A stretch of DNA of 32,401 nt from Chiloscyllium plagiosum (GCF_004010195.1 NC_057752.1:11874191-11906591), one strand, 5' to 3'. Counted from the stretch's first letter, positions 10,540 to 23,300 are shown. Notes: a model not told the origin generated them from the letters alone. Translations and numbers: made by a program.

Positions 10540-10986
10540 GTGAGTGAAAAAAAAAACACACTGGTGTGCTTTTCTAATGGCTAATAAGCCTGAATATTTT
10601 CTTGGCTGTTTGGATGCGTCATTTGGTACAGATATTTGTCATTGACAACTCTTCACTGAAGATTCATGCTGGCTTTCACTGTCTGCTAGCTTTTACTGAG
10701 GCAGTGATTTGATTATCTGATTCTGCTGTGCACCTCTAGTGGCGTTTTTTTTGTCAGAGTCTAATTAATGGATTTCTACAATATTTGTATAGTTAGAGTT
10801 GGCTCCAGTGCTGCCACAGATCTGGTACAATTTAAATCAGTGATTTCACCTTTACTGCATTCATGACATAGCAACTGAAATCTGTCGATTAACTAAAATA
10901 TCCAATGGATTAATAACTGCTTTTTTTTTCACCGTAGTTCTCTTGTGAATTGTCCAAAGGAATGCTAAATCAAAGTGATACTTGGT

Positions 10987-11640
10987 CAGAGAGTCATACA
11001 GCACGAAAACAGACCCTTGGTCCAACCAGTCCGTGCTGACCATAATCCCAAACTCAACTCCTCTTGCCTGCTGCGCTTGGCCTGTAGTCCCTCCAAACAT
11101 TTCTTATTCATGTACTTCTCTAAATGTCTTTAAAACATTGTCACTGTACCTGCATCCACCACTTCCCGTAGAAATTCATTCCATATACAAACCACTCTCT
11201 GTAAAAGAAGTTTGCCCCGGTGTCTTTTTAAAATCTTTTTCCTGTCATCTTAAAAATACGCCTCCTAGTCATGAAATCCCACACCCAAGGGAAAATTACC
11301 TGCCATTCACCTTAACTCCACCCTTCATGATTTCATAAACCTCTGTGTCAGTCACCCCTCGACCTCCTCCACTCCAGTGAAAGAGGTTCCAGCCTCTCCC
11401 TACAGCTCAAACACTCCATTCCTGGCAACATTCCAGTAAATTTCTTGTGAAACCTTCCTATAACAGGAAGACCAGAACTGTGCACACTACTCCAGAAGAG
11501 GCCTCATCAATATCCTGTACAACTTCAATACGTTGTCCCAACTCCTACACTCAAAGATTTGAGTGTGAAGGCAAGCATGCTAAATGCTTTCTTAACCGTC
11601 CTTTCTACCTGTGATGGACATTTCAAAGAATCATTTACCT
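10987..11640 (-). mobile_element. CR1/HER1 LINE 3' fragment
   Basis: Co-linear with the 3995-4620 and 21080-21660 copies (AGACCAGAACTGTGCACACTACTCCAGAAGAGGCCTCA). Confidence 0.88.
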
Positions 11641-12779
11641 CTTCTCAAAGAACAGTGGCCTAAACTCTCCTTTTGTTAAATCCTTCCCAAGTGATGCCCT
11701 AATCCCATGGACTGGCACCATTCAGGCGATTTGCAAATATACATTTTAAAACTCAGATCATCTGACTGAGAGCATGGGGGAGGGATTAGCTGAAAAAGAT
11801 GCCCTTTATCTGATGTAATCAGGGATCTAGGAGAGAAATTAATCTCTCTAATTAGGTCAGATCAGATTTGGTTTACTTGTGAACAGATCTAGGGAGTGCA
11901 TTATCTAGGGAGTGCAACCCACAACCATCAAGATACCTCTTCCAGCCATTAAAGACAGAGTTAGATCAGAGCTCCAGGATAGTTTTCTGATACAGTTTAA
12001 TTCCACTATAGTTTTAAGTGGCATTTCAATGTATCTAAATCAGTACCTGAACTTTGCTTAAAAACAGTAAAATTATTCCTTAATAACAAGTTGCAAAGCC
12101 TATTTAATATTACATTTCTTGTACAGCTGAGCAATGAATAACTGAGTTTTGAATATATCCAAGTGATTTCAGTTGATCTATTTAACCAGTTCCTCGTGTT
12201 CACCATTGATGCTTTTGTCCTCAGTATAATCTTTACTTTCTCCCACCCTGGCAATTTGCCCAGGTATAGCCCCATTTTCATTCCCTCAAAGTTAGGGAAT
12301 GGAACTACATACGCCATAACTGGTATGGTGATCTATCACCGAACACTACCCTGAGGAGCTCCTGCAGAGAGGTCCTGGAGGTGAAATGATTGACCTCCAA
12401 CAATCACAACCATCTTCTTTTGTGCTCGGACTCCAATCAGCAGAGACCTTCTTCTCTCTTCCCCCCACCGATTCCTACTGACTCTAGTTTTGCTCGGGCT
12501 GTTGTCTGCCAAACTCTTGCCAAATGTCCCCTTAATATTGAAGGCTGTCCCCCTCGCCTCAACTCTGCAGTTCATATCTTTTGACCACATTTAGACCAAA
12601 GCCATAATGAGGCCAGGAGCTGAGTCTCACTGGCAGAAACCAAATTGAGAGTCAGGAAGCGGGTTATTGCTGAATAAGTGTCCCTTGATAGAACTGTTGA
12701 TGACACCACCCATCTTTTGATTAATGGGAGTAGACATGTCCTGAACCTGTAAAAATATGACCTTGCTTCTTTCTGCTCT

Positions 12780-12943
12780 AAATGCCATATTTAGGCATTT
12801 ATACAGACACATGAACAGACAGAAAACAGAGATACAGACCATGTGCAGGCAGATGGGATTAGTTTGGAATGGCATCATGGTTGGCACAGAAATGGTGGGC
12901 CGAAGGGCCTGTTTGTGTGCTGTATTATTCTCTTCTGTTCTAT
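12780..12943 (+). mobile_element. CR1 LINE extreme 3' end
   Basis: FRHLYRHMNR, then GGTGGGCCGAAGGGCCTGTTTGTGTGCTGTA tail. Confidence 0.75.
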
Positions 12944-13121
12944 CCACACCAAACTATGGGACTTTTGGAAATGTTTGGAAACCAAAATTTCTTTTCTGGC
13001 CTCGGTGGTAACAGATAATGTTAACACTTCTCTCTTCTCAGGGACTGTACTCTTCCACTTCATAATTGTTGTTGTATTCACCTCCACCCCAACCCACAAC
13101 CACCAAAATAAAAATCAACAA

Positions 13122-13310
13122 CAACATAAGAAATAGGAGCATGAAGTAGACCGTTTAGTTGCTGAAGCCTGCCCCTCGATTCATTACAATCACGGCTGTG
13201 CTTTTACTTCAGCCTTACTTTCCTACTTGCTTCCCATATCCCTTGATTCCCAGGGAAGCCAAAGATCAATCAACCTTTGTCTTTAATCTACTTCACAGAT
13301 AGAGCTTTAG
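13122..13310 (-). mobile_element. CR1 3' UTR fragment
   Basis: AACATAAGAAATAGGAGC...CCCATATCCCTTGATTCC, typical reverse-complemented CR1 tail; similar to 14988-15150 and 20680-20770. Confidence 0.6.
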
Positions 13311-13449
13311 GTTATAAGGAGCGATTCTACCTCAAGCCTCCCCTGCTTCACCAGAATCCTGAACTTGTTGCCGACCCCATGTATCAGATCCCCCTGCCCG
13401 CCCCAAATAAATTAAGAATCTGTCCTGCTACAGGATGGCTCTGATCATA

Positions 13450-14460
13450 GTCATATCACATCTTATGTTCTGGAAACTTTGGACCCACCCTCATCCTGGT
13501 CCTACCTGTCTGCAGTCTTTGCAGTTGACCACATCATTCTCTGAGCATTCACTGTTGCCTTAGCTAGACGGGATTACACTCCTATGGTTCCACTCTCATC
13601 TGTGTCATTGTATCCTGTAAGCCCCCTGTAATGGCTTCCTTTCTTGTTCCTACATCATTGTCTCTAAAGTTTATCAATGATCTGTCATTGTCTCCCTCCT
13701 CTTTCTCATCCAAAATGCTGCCATTTGGTGGTATGATTTTAAAGGAGGATTGATGACACTCAGCTTGACCTTAACATTTTTCTCAGTTCCTCCATTGTCA
13801 CTAACTTATTAGACTCATCATTCAACATTCAGTAGTTGATGAGTAGATATTTCCTCCAGTTAAATATTGAAGTCATTATAATCTTGCCATCAATTTCGCC
13901 ATCATTATCTCACCCATTTTTTTCTTCTGCCTCAGCTTGTCTGCTGCTGAAAACTTCATTGATGCCATCATTAACTTTAGATTCCATTTCTTTCTATTAC
14001 ATTCATGGTGGGCCTCTCACCTTGCATCATCCTGTAAACCCATTTTCCCATAACGAATCCTGTTCCCATATCACCCCTGCGCTTGCTGATCTACACTGGC
14101 TCCCAGTTTGGCCCTGCCATTTAAAAACTTCTCATTTTTTAAAAATCACTTCATGGGCTCGTCCTCTTGCTATCTCTGTAACTTCTTCCAACTCCATAAC
14201 ATCAGATTTCTGCATGCATCTGACTCTTGTCTCTTGAACAGACTTGGTTTCCAAACTCCCCTCCATTAGTGCTGGCCTTCAGCTGTCTCAACATTAGCTT
14301 ATCACATTTCCTTCCTAAACCCCTCTGCCTCTCTACATGATTGAGACATTTCTTAAAATCTACCTTTTGAGCAAACATTAAGGCACTTATCCTAACATTT
14401 TTTGGTTTAGTGTCAAAGCTTTTGTTTAGTAACTGTTGCTATGACATGCCTTGAGTAATT
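13450..14460 (+). mobile_element. L2-clade LINE fragment
   Basis: HITPALADLHWLPV in ORF 13836-14237; upstream LLWFHS and DDTQL remnants; 3' UTR similar to 6180-6550. Confidence 0.78.
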
Positions 14461-14987
14461 TAGAGCATTACAGATAGTTTATAAATACAGCCTATTCTTG
14501 TAGACTGATGGGGGCAATAATGTGTTGGCTGAGATTTGTCAGATTTGTAGATAGGGCAGACTTGAGCATTTTTCCACATTGCTGGGTAGATGCCAGTGTT
14601 GCAGCTGTACTGAAACAGTTTGGCTAAACGTGCAGCCAAAGTCTTCAGTACCACAAATGGGATGTTGAGGTCTGGAGCCTTTCCTGTGTCCAGTGCTAAC
14701 AGCCATTTGTTATCCAATAGCATCTGTGATAATGTGGACCTCAGAAAATAGCCAAGATGGACTATTATCCATTCTACTCTTCTGGCTGAAGATTGTTGCA
14801 CATGCTTCAGGCTTATCTTTTGCACTAATGCGCTGTGCTCCCCATCATTAAGATTGGGAATATTTATGGAGCTGCCTCTCGTTCGTTAAACTGCTCACCA
14901 CCATAACTGCATGTGGTAGGCCTACAGAGCTTAGCGATGGGGTTGTTTTGCTTTGTCTATCACTTGCTGCTTATGCTGTTTGGCGTT

Positions 14988-15537
14988 TCATAGTAAGAGA
15001 AGCAGGATTTGGCCTGTCGAGCCCGCTCTGCCATTCATTAATATCATGGCTGATCTATCCATCACCTCAGCTCCTCCTACCTGCATTATCCCTATGACCC
15101 TTAATTCCCTGACCATGGAAAAATCCATCCAACTGTGTGTTGAATATATTTAATGACGTTGCCTGTACTGCTTCCTTGGGCAGAGAATTCCATAGATTCA
15201 CTACTCTCCAGGAAAAGCAGTTCCTCCTCATCTATGTCCTAAACATACTCTCCCTAATCTTGAGGCCGTGTCCCCTCGTCCCAGTCTCACCCACCAGTGA
15301 AAACAGCTTGCCTGCCTCTATCTTATCTATCCCTTCCATAATTTTATGTTTCTATAAGATCCCCTCTCATTCTTCTAAATTGTAGTTAGTTCAATCCCAG
15401 GCAGCTCAACCTCTCCTCATAGGGTAACCCCCTCATGTCGGGAATAAACCTGGTGAATCTACTCTGCATCACCTCCAAAGCCAATACATCCTTCCTCGAG
15501 TACGGAGACCAGAATTACGCAGAATAGTGCAGGTGCA
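14988..15537 (-). mobile_element. CR1 LINE 3' fragment nested in the older LINE
   Basis: GGAGACCAGAATTACGCAGAATAGTGCAGGTG (reverse of HLHYSA*FWSP) through the 3' UTR; host LINE sequence resumes on both sides. Confidence 0.85.
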
Positions 15538-16429
15538 GCATGCAAGTAGTCTTGTGATGTTGTAGCTTTACCAGGTTGACACCTTTCTTAGGTATGCCTG
15601 GTGCTGCTCTGGCATGCTCTCCTGCACTCTCCATTGAATCGGGTTTGATCCTCTGGCTTGATGGTAATGGTTGAGTGGGGTAGTGTGCTGGGCCATGAAG
15701 TTACAGATTGTGCTGGAATACAGTTCTGCTGTTGCTGGCCCACTGTGCCTCATTCTTGAGTGTAGGTCGGTTCTATGTCTGTCCGATTTAGTACAATGAT
15801 CGTGCAACACAACACCGTGCAACACCGTCCCCTTTGTGAGGACGAGACTTTGACTCCACAAGAACTGTGTTGTGGTTACTTTACTGATATTGTCAAGGAC
15901 GGATGCAGCTGTGGCTGGCAAATTGGTCAGGATGAGGTCAAATATGTTTTTCCTCCTTGGTTCCTTCACCAGCTGCCGCAGACCCAGTCTCACAGCAGTG
16001 TTCTTTAGGATGCAACCAGTTCAATCAGTAGCGGTGCTACCAAGCCAGTGTTGGTGATGTACATTGAAGTCCCCCAGCCAGATACATTCTGTGCTTCTTC
16101 CAAATGTTGTTCAACAGGGAGGCATATAGCTGAGGGAGGGTGGTAGTTAGTATTCTGCAGGAGATTTCCTTGCTTGTGTTTAACCTGCTGTTGTGACACC
16201 TTGTGGGCTGAAGTCAGTGGTGAGGATTCCTAAGGCCAATCCCTCCTGACTGTATACCACCAAACTGCTACCTCTGGGTCTATCATGTCCAGCTGCACAG
16301 CACAGCATACTGGTGGCAGTGTCTGGGTCGTGACAATGTGAGATACAGTTCTGAGTAGGACTTTGTCAGGCTGTTGCTCATCAAGTCTGTGAGACAGCTG
16401 TCCTGTTTGTCAATCAGAGGATCATTAAC

Positions 16430-16840
16430 TCAAGCCTCAATCAACTCTAGAGATTACAATACAAAATCCAGAGTGATGCTCCATTTTAGTATTAAAGAAT
16501 GCAACACTGTCAGAGGTGGTATCTTTTGGATGAAATGTTAAATTGAGACCTTACTTGTCCTTTCACATGAGCGCATAAGATTCCAAGGCATTGTTGAAAA
16601 GAGCAGGGCAGATGTCCCTGGTGTCGTCATCAATATTTGGTGTTCAATAAAAATTACAAGCAGATTATTTGATCATTATCACATTGTTTTTTTTGGGAGC
16701 TTGCTGTGCGCAAATTTGCTGCTGTGTTTTCTACATTAAGTTGATGACTACACTGAAAGAAGTATGCCATTGGTTTTAAAACACTTTGGGCTCTCAAGCG
16801 ATCCTGGAAGGGGATAGAGAAATGCAAATTCTTCCTTTAT
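16430..16840 (+). mobile_element. Deu-domain SINE
   Basis: CACTGTCAGAGGTGGTATCTTTTGGATGAAATGTTAAA...GCTTGCTGTGCGCAAATTTGCTGCT...AATGCAAATTCTTCCTTT. Confidence 0.75.
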
Positions 16841-16849
16841 GTAAATGAA

Positions 16850-17040
16850 AGCTGCCATAGTCTCTGAGGACCATAGGCTGCTCTCTCATTTGACAGAGAC
16901 AGCTGGTGCTGAGTTTAACCTGAGGGTCACCATGCCTCAAGCAAGGGGCCAGGTTCAGAAAGCAGGGTGATCTCAGCCAGTACAGAAATTGAACCCACAC
17001 TGTTAGTGTCACTCTGCAGTCCACACCAGCTGTCCAAGTG
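16850..17040 (-). mobile_element. tRNA-derived SINE (family not named with confidence)
   Basis: Minus strand has B-box-like GGGTTCAATTTC followed by GGCTGAG...GGTGACCCTCAGGTTAAAC. Confidence 0.55.
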
Positions 17041-17667
17041 AAAAAAAACTGCTGCTTGGCTAATCTGAGAGAGTTGCTCTATCCCTATCAACTTTGGCAG
17101 TAGAACCCCTGATGTTCGTGAGGTGGGTGGGGAGAGGGGGCGATGCTTTGGAAGGTTCATTCTGAATGTGTGCACTCAAAATAACTGAATCTAAAAAAGA
17201 GTAACTTGCAGGCACATGGTGTATGTGCTTTTATTTTCACCTTTCCAACGGCTGAGTAGGTCACTTCAGAACAGGTCAGACAAGTGCAGGACTGGGATTA
17301 CAACATACTAGACTCTGTAAAGGCAAAAGGTTACCTTTCTTCTAGGGCATTAGTCCACACAATAATGTGACCGCTTTGTCACTTGCTGGTACCAGCTTTG
17401 GAAAAAAAAGACAGTTGTAATTCTCAAACTGCCATTGTTGGAGTTGAACTAAAGTTCTTGGGATTATTAGTACTGTAATTAGTATCCAAGTGATTCTCAA
17501 ATTCTTTTTGTTGAAGAGCCCCTTTTCAAGTGACTTAGTAATCATGAGCATCTCTATTCAAATATTAATACTGTAAACTCTATGCTTGTGTTCATCAGTA
17601 TTCTGTTAAAAGGATTTGCATGAAGTTTTCTGGGGTTGACTGATACAATGAGTATTCATGTGATTCT

Positions 17668-17977
17668 GTTTATTTGTTCATGGGATATTGGTGTTATTGC
17701 CTATCTCTAATGGTCTTGGAGAAGGTGAGTAAGTTGCCTTGAACTACTGATGTGAGGGAGGGAATTCCAAGATTTTGACTCAGTGACAGTGAAAGAATGA
17801 CTGCATATTCCCAAGTCAGAATGGTGAGTGGCTTGAAGAACTGGTAGGTTGTGATGTTGCCATGTGTCTGCTATCCTTGTCCTTCTAAATGGCAGAGGTC
17901 ACAGGTTTGAAAGGTGCTGTTGGAAGAGCCTTGTTAAGATACTGCTGTGCATCTTTGTTGGTACACAGTGCTGCCAT
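17668..17977 (-). mobile_element. 3' end of the same LINE family as 26120-26810
   Basis: Co-linear similarity with 26120-26350 (GAGGTCACAGGTTTGAAAGG...CCTTG...GCTG-GCAT...CACAGTGCTGCC). Confidence 0.55.
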
Positions 17978-18004
17978 GAAGAGAGTGAATCATTTGAGGG
18001 TGGT

Positions 18005-18215
18005 CAAACTGTCGAGTTCTCTACCACAGGAGGCTGTGGAACCAAATCATTGAATGTACTTAGGAAAGAAGTAGATGTCTACAGACTAAAGGTGTCAAGG
18101 AGTATGCGGAGAGAGTGGGAGTATGGCAAAGAGCTTTAGCTATGTTTGTGTTGGAATAGCGGAAGTATGCTTTGTGGGCTGAATGGTCACTTGGTTCTAT
18201 TTTCTGTTTCTGTTT
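18005..18215 (+). mobile_element. CR1 LINE 3' end
   Basis: SLPQEAV-KSLNVLRKEVD...GVKEY remnant and GGGCTGAATGG tail with TTTCTG repeats. Confidence 0.65.
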
Positions 18216-18427
18216 CTGTGCTGATATTGTGCATTAAAGCCTTCTTTTCATCCTCCGAGGATAGTGGGGAAAAGCTGCCTCTCTCCGGTCATTTATCTTC
18301 ACCTTGTGGAGTCTGGAATTTGAGCTTCCTTCTTGCAGTTGTCTGTTTATAGTTAACCCTAAGCTCAAACTTATTTTTTATGTGCCATTGATGTCGCAAA
18401 ACTTTGATTTTGTACAAGCACATACAT

Positions 18428-18615
18428 AAAATACAACAAATGCTGGAAACATTGAGCAGGTCTGGCAGTACCTGTGGAGACAGAAATAGAGTTAAAGTTT
18501 TCTTCTGCTCCTACCCCCACCCCCTATGCACTTTCTGTGTCTCTATTTCACTGAAGCTTTTCTTTCATCCTACTATATACACCATTACAAAACTGGTTAC
18601 TCTTCACCTATCTTA
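18428..18615. mobile_element. Probable Penelope-like terminal-repeat remnant
   Basis: AAATGCTGGAAACATTGAGCAGGTCTGGCAGTACC resembles GTGCTGGAAAAGTACAGCAGGTCAGGCAGCATCC at 1574-1608. Confidence 0.5.
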
Positions 18616-19893
18616 GGACCAGTTTCGAATCATCATTTCTTTGGATTGGTCCTCATTTTAGCACCTTTATTTTAGCTCCAAGTGAAAGCACGTTTTCAGC
18701 TTCTTACAAGGGTACTGTCTCCACTCCTCAGTTTCTTTCTTTGCTTATGGTTTCCCACTGTACCCTCATGTGGTACCGTACTCGATGTTTGAAAGATTTC
18801 CTTGCAGCTTAATGCATTTGGCCTGTCCACTGTTTTTCAGTGATTTACATTATTCTAGAATTACATGGGAGATTATTCTGATTTTAAGGTCAATGTGAAG
18901 TCAGCTGTTTTCACACAATGTATCGGACTGTTAAAGTGTGTTCCAAAGCTTTTTATGACTTGTAGGGAAAACACTGTGCCCTATGTGGTGAATCACTTGC
19001 CTGGAAGGCCATAAGTCTATCTATGGTGCATGCTGAGCGTGTTGATCTGAGAACAGGTAGTGCCAATGCTCCTATGATGCATATAGTAAGACAAAGGAAT
19101 GGCATTCCAGGCAGCCTTCCCTCAAAAAGAAATGACCAGTTGGATTTAGTGCTGGAGAGTCTAACTTTCTGTACCAGCAGGCTCAAGTCAGTGCCACTGC
19201 CTTTCTAGGCAACCTGGTCCATGTTTTCACCTCCGTCTGTGTAAAGGAGTTCAACTTCCATCATCTAAGTTTCAGACTGTGCCTCTTATGCATGTCCATC
19301 TGCATAAACTGTATCCTCACAATGTCCTTTGTGATCTTGAATTCTCAGAATCTCTCCTCTCTCACATGAGCGTTCCCAGTTTCTGCAGCCTCTCTCCATA
19401 ACCCAGTGGTTTGTATCAGTTCAATTTTCTTGTTCTTCACTGTCCCCTTCTCAGCCTTGGTATCTTCCTCATGATATGAAGTCCAAAGCTGTAGTAGGTA
19501 CTGTCAGCTCTGTACAAAACAATCACTCCCTAAGGTTTGTGCTTGGTCTGCCTGGTTATAGACTCTGCACTCTCGACTGTTACTATACTTTGTACTGATG
19601 ACATTGAGCTCTTATCCACCAGTATCCCAGATCCCTCTTTCATATCCTATAGAATCAACTTTCATTGTCACTGTTTTCAAACATTTTCAATCTCAGGACT
19701 CCTCCACAAAGAGTAAACTGTGTTGTTTGCAAATTAAAAAGCTTCGTAATCTACCACAAACCTAAATGATCAGTCTCAGCATAAGTTTTTCATGGAAAAT
19801 CTCAGTATTTTAGGATATGTTGATTATTCAGTTTGGAGCATTTATTGGTTGAATTGTGTCGCAGTTCATTAGTGATAATTCTCTTTCATGCAG

Positions 19894-20015
19894 ACTGATA
19901 TTAGCTGTCCAGGATTTCGAGAATACCACGAGAGACTGCAGACCTTCCTCATCTGGTTCATTGAAACAGCAAGCTTCATTGATGTCGATGATGATAAATG
20001 GCAATTCTTCCTGGT
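19894..20015 (+). CDS. HAT1: HAT1-family exon 6 (122 nt): TDISCPGFREYHERLQTFLIWFIETASFIDVDDDKWQFFL(V)
   Basis: ctttcatgcag| acceptor and |gtaagt donor; HERLQ-F--WFIE-ASFID-DD--W is diagnostic for HAT1. Confidence 0.97.
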
Positions 20016-20348
20016 GTAAGTGTATATTAGATGCATTGCCTGGACCATTTGTAACAGAGCTTGTATTACCTACTGTCTATATCTAAAGTTATAATGTGAA
20101 TGATATGCTTAGTTACAGCCAGGGGCATCCTGGTGACTTGAGGCATTTGTTGGTGAAGCAAATATGAGGTGCAATATAACATCCAACTGCCACCAATTGT
20201 AATCTATTACACTTCTACAGAGAGCATGGTGATTATAGACTGTCACTGTACTGAGAGAAATTACAGATTCAGTTGGATCTTCAGTTGGATGGGAGGAATC
20301 GAGAAGTAATTATAATTTTCAATTCTTTATCATTTTTGTGTTATGCAG

Positions 20349-20453
20349 ATTTGAGAAATATCTTGAAGATGGCTCGCCACGCTTTGCAACAGTGGGATAT
20401 ATGACTGTATACAATTTCTATGCATATCCTGACAAAATGAGACCACGAATAGG
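20349..20453 (+). CDS. HAT1: HAT1-family exon 7 (105 nt): FEKYLEDGSPRFATVGYMTVYNFYAYPDKMRPRI(G)
   Basis: ttatgcag| acceptor and |gtaggt donor; GYMTVYN-Y-YP---RPR motif. Confidence 0.96.
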
Positions 20454-20529
20454 GTAGGTAACCAGCAAAATCACAAACCGAAACGTTCCAGTCCAAAATG
20501 AATGCTGTCCAACTGCAAATTGCAATGAG

Positions 20530-21066
20530 AAATTGTAGGATTGTTAGAGTATGGGAGGAGGCCATATGGCCCATCTGCACCAGTTCTCCGAATAAGCTGT
20601 TCATCTAGTGTGATTCTTAGTGGGCATCTCCTTGTAACCTTACACATTCCCCTTTTTGGATAATATTTCAGTTCCATCAGACATAGGAACAAAAGTAGGC
20701 CGTGCAGCCCATTGAGTTCAGTGATTTAATGAGGTCATGGTTCATGTGATGATCCTCTACTCCCTGTGGCCTTAGACTCTCCCACAGGGGGATGCAACCT
20801 TTCCGCATTTACCCTGTCAAGTCCCTGAAAAATCTTGCATGTTTCAAAAAGGTCTTCCCTCATTCTCAAACTCCAATGAGTACAGGTCCAATCTCCTCGA
20901 GCTCTCCTCATAAGATAGTCCTTCCATTCCTGTTATCAGCCTTGTGAACCTTCTCTGGACTGCCTCAAATACCAGTCTATGCCAGATAGAAAATTTGTCA
21001 GATGTTATTTTTCCTTCGTGAAACCATGCTGACTCTGCTTGATCATATTATACATTTCCAAATGCT
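20530..21066 (-). mobile_element. CR1 3' fragments; the piece ending at 21066 continues at 24017-24310
   Basis: CR1 tails at ~20530 and ~20680, ORF2 remnants, and GAAACCATGCTGACT (reverse of SQHGF). Confidence 0.7.
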
Positions 21067-21074
21067 GTGTCATC

Positions 21075-23300
21075 CTGGGTCATTATCCCTCCACATCTTT
21101 CCTATTTATGCACTTATCCAAATGTCTCTTAAACAGGGTAGTTGTACCCACATCCACCACTTCCCCAGGAGGTTCATTCCACACGTGAACTACCCTCTGT
21201 GAAAAATTTACCCCTCATGTCTTTCCTAAATCTCTTTCCTCTCACCATAAAAATGCACCCCTTAGTCTTAAAATCCCCCATCCTAGGGAAAAGACAACTA
21301 ACATTAGCTTCATCTATACTCATTATTTTATAAACTTCTATCAGGTTGTCTCTCAACTTCCTACGCTCCAGTGAAAAAAGTCCCAGTCTATCCTGCTTTT
21401 ATAACTCAAAGCTTCCATACCTGGCAATATCTTTGTCAATCTCATCTGAACCCTCTCCAGTTTAATAATATCCTTCCTATAACTGGGTGACCAGAACTGG
21501 ACACAGTATTCCAGAAGAGGCCTCACCAATGTCCTGTACAACCTCAACATGACTTCCCAACTCCTATGCTCAAAGGACTGAGCAATGACGGCAAGTGTGC
21601 AAACGCCGCCTTAACCACCCTGTCTACTCGTGATGCAAGCTTCAAAGAATTATTTACCTGAACCCCTGGGTTATTTGTTTGTTGTACCAAAATCCAATAT
21701 CTCTCATTTTTCAGCCCATTGACCCATTTGATCAAGTTCCCTTTGTACTCTTAAAAAAACTGTCTTCGCTGTCTGGTATGCCACTAATTTTGGTGTCATC
21801 CACAAACTTACTAACCATGCCTTCTGTATTCACATCCAAGTCATTTATATAAAATGACAAACAAAAGAGGTCCCAGAACTGATCCCTGTGGAACACTGCT
21901 GGTGACAGGCCTGCAGTTCGAAAAACAACCCCCCTCCAAAATGCCATCTCCTGCCGTTAAGCCAATTATGTATCCAGTTGGCAAGCTCACCCTGCACCCT
22001 GTGTGACCTAACCTTACTAATTAGTTCACAATGCAGAATCCTCTCAAAGGCTTTACTAAAGTCCAAGTAAACAGTGACTACTGCTCTGCCCACACCATCC
22101 AAACCTTTAAGACAATGGTAGCCCCAGTCAATGTTTAGAAAATTAAAATCCCACATTATCACAACCTTCTTATGCTAGCATATTTCTGAGATCTCCCCAA
22201 CATATTTGTTTCTCAATTTCCGTCTGACTATTGGGGGCCTACAGTACAATCCCGTCAAGGTGATATTTTTTCCTTTCTTATTTCGAAATTCTACCCATAT
22301 GTTTTGGCTGAATGATTTTTCAGACATTTCTTCTTTAGTTACAGCAAAGTATTCTTTAATCAAAAGTGCCACTCCCATTCCTTGCCTCCTTTCCTATAGC
22401 ATTTGAAACCCAGCACAGTCCTGTCCAAATCTCAGCCAAGTAATAGCGATGATGTCCCAATCCCATTTTCCTAAACATGCCCTGAGTTCATCAGCCTTAT
22501 CTGTAAGACCTCTCGTATTGAAATAAGTGCAATTTGGTTCTTCAGAGTTACTATGTGCACTGATCCTCTGTGCTAAGATATTGGTCCCCTTCCAGTCAGG
22601 TTAAACCCATCGTTTTTGAACAGATCTTGTCTATCCCAAAAGACATTCCAATTGTCCAAAAACCTGAGTGCCTGAACAATACACTTTTTTATCCTTTATT
22701 TCCTTTTATCCTTTTGTTCCTTCCTTCATTTGAGGTTCGCATTTGGAGTAAACCTACGATTACTACTTTTAATGTTCTATTTTTTAAAATCTTCTACCTA
22801 ACCTCTTAAATTCACTCTGTAAAGCTTTAATCTTTCCCATAAAACATCATCCCTAGCAAAGTGGGCAATAACTTCTGGCTTCTCAATCTCACCTTTAACA
22901 ATATGCTTGAAATACTTAAAGGCATCCTTAATCCTAGCACTGAAGCCACTCTAAATTTACACTCTGTCACGATCTCCTGTCTATGCGTCTGACAGGAGAG
23001 TACCCTATAATAATAATTCCATTAAATTTTGTCAAATGCTCCTTACGTGAATCATTCCTCATGTCCAATAACTGCCCCTTCTATTTTCCTCAGAGCTACT
23101 ATCCACTTCAATATTCCCAAAGACTGAATATCTATTTGATAGAGAAATAGCCAGCAGAAACTTTTGAACTATCCTCTTATCTTTTCTGATGGTCACCCAT
23201 CTATCTGACTGACCCAGTTGTGTTATCATTTCTCTAAATCTACGAGCAATCTCGCTCTATACTACTTATATGCTCTTAATAATATTAAGCCTAAGAAAAA
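21075..23300 (-). mobile_element. Near full-span but internally deleted CR1/HER1 LINE (endonuclease, RT, C-terminus, upstream ORF1/5' remnants)
   Basis: GVALLIKE...IWVEFRNKKG...LYCRPP; MWDFNFLNIDW; VYLDFSKAFE; YINDLD...SKFVDDTKI; LYRTLVRPLLEYCVQFWSP; many frameshifts; 5' boundary uncertain. Confidence 0.88.

Larger units (their letters stand above)
12340..16390 (-). mobile_element. Long decayed non-LTR retrotransposon (CR1/Jockey group, distinct from HER1) in three pieces: ~12340-12730, ~14465-14987, ~15538-16390
   Basis: Minus-strand order of endonuclease (LGLRQLVKEP-RKNIFDLILTN), pre-RT (LAKLFQYSCNTGIYPAMWKNAQVCPIYK) and RT (QFGF, KMVVIVGGQS, AGAPQGSV) is co-linear. Confidence 0.8.
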
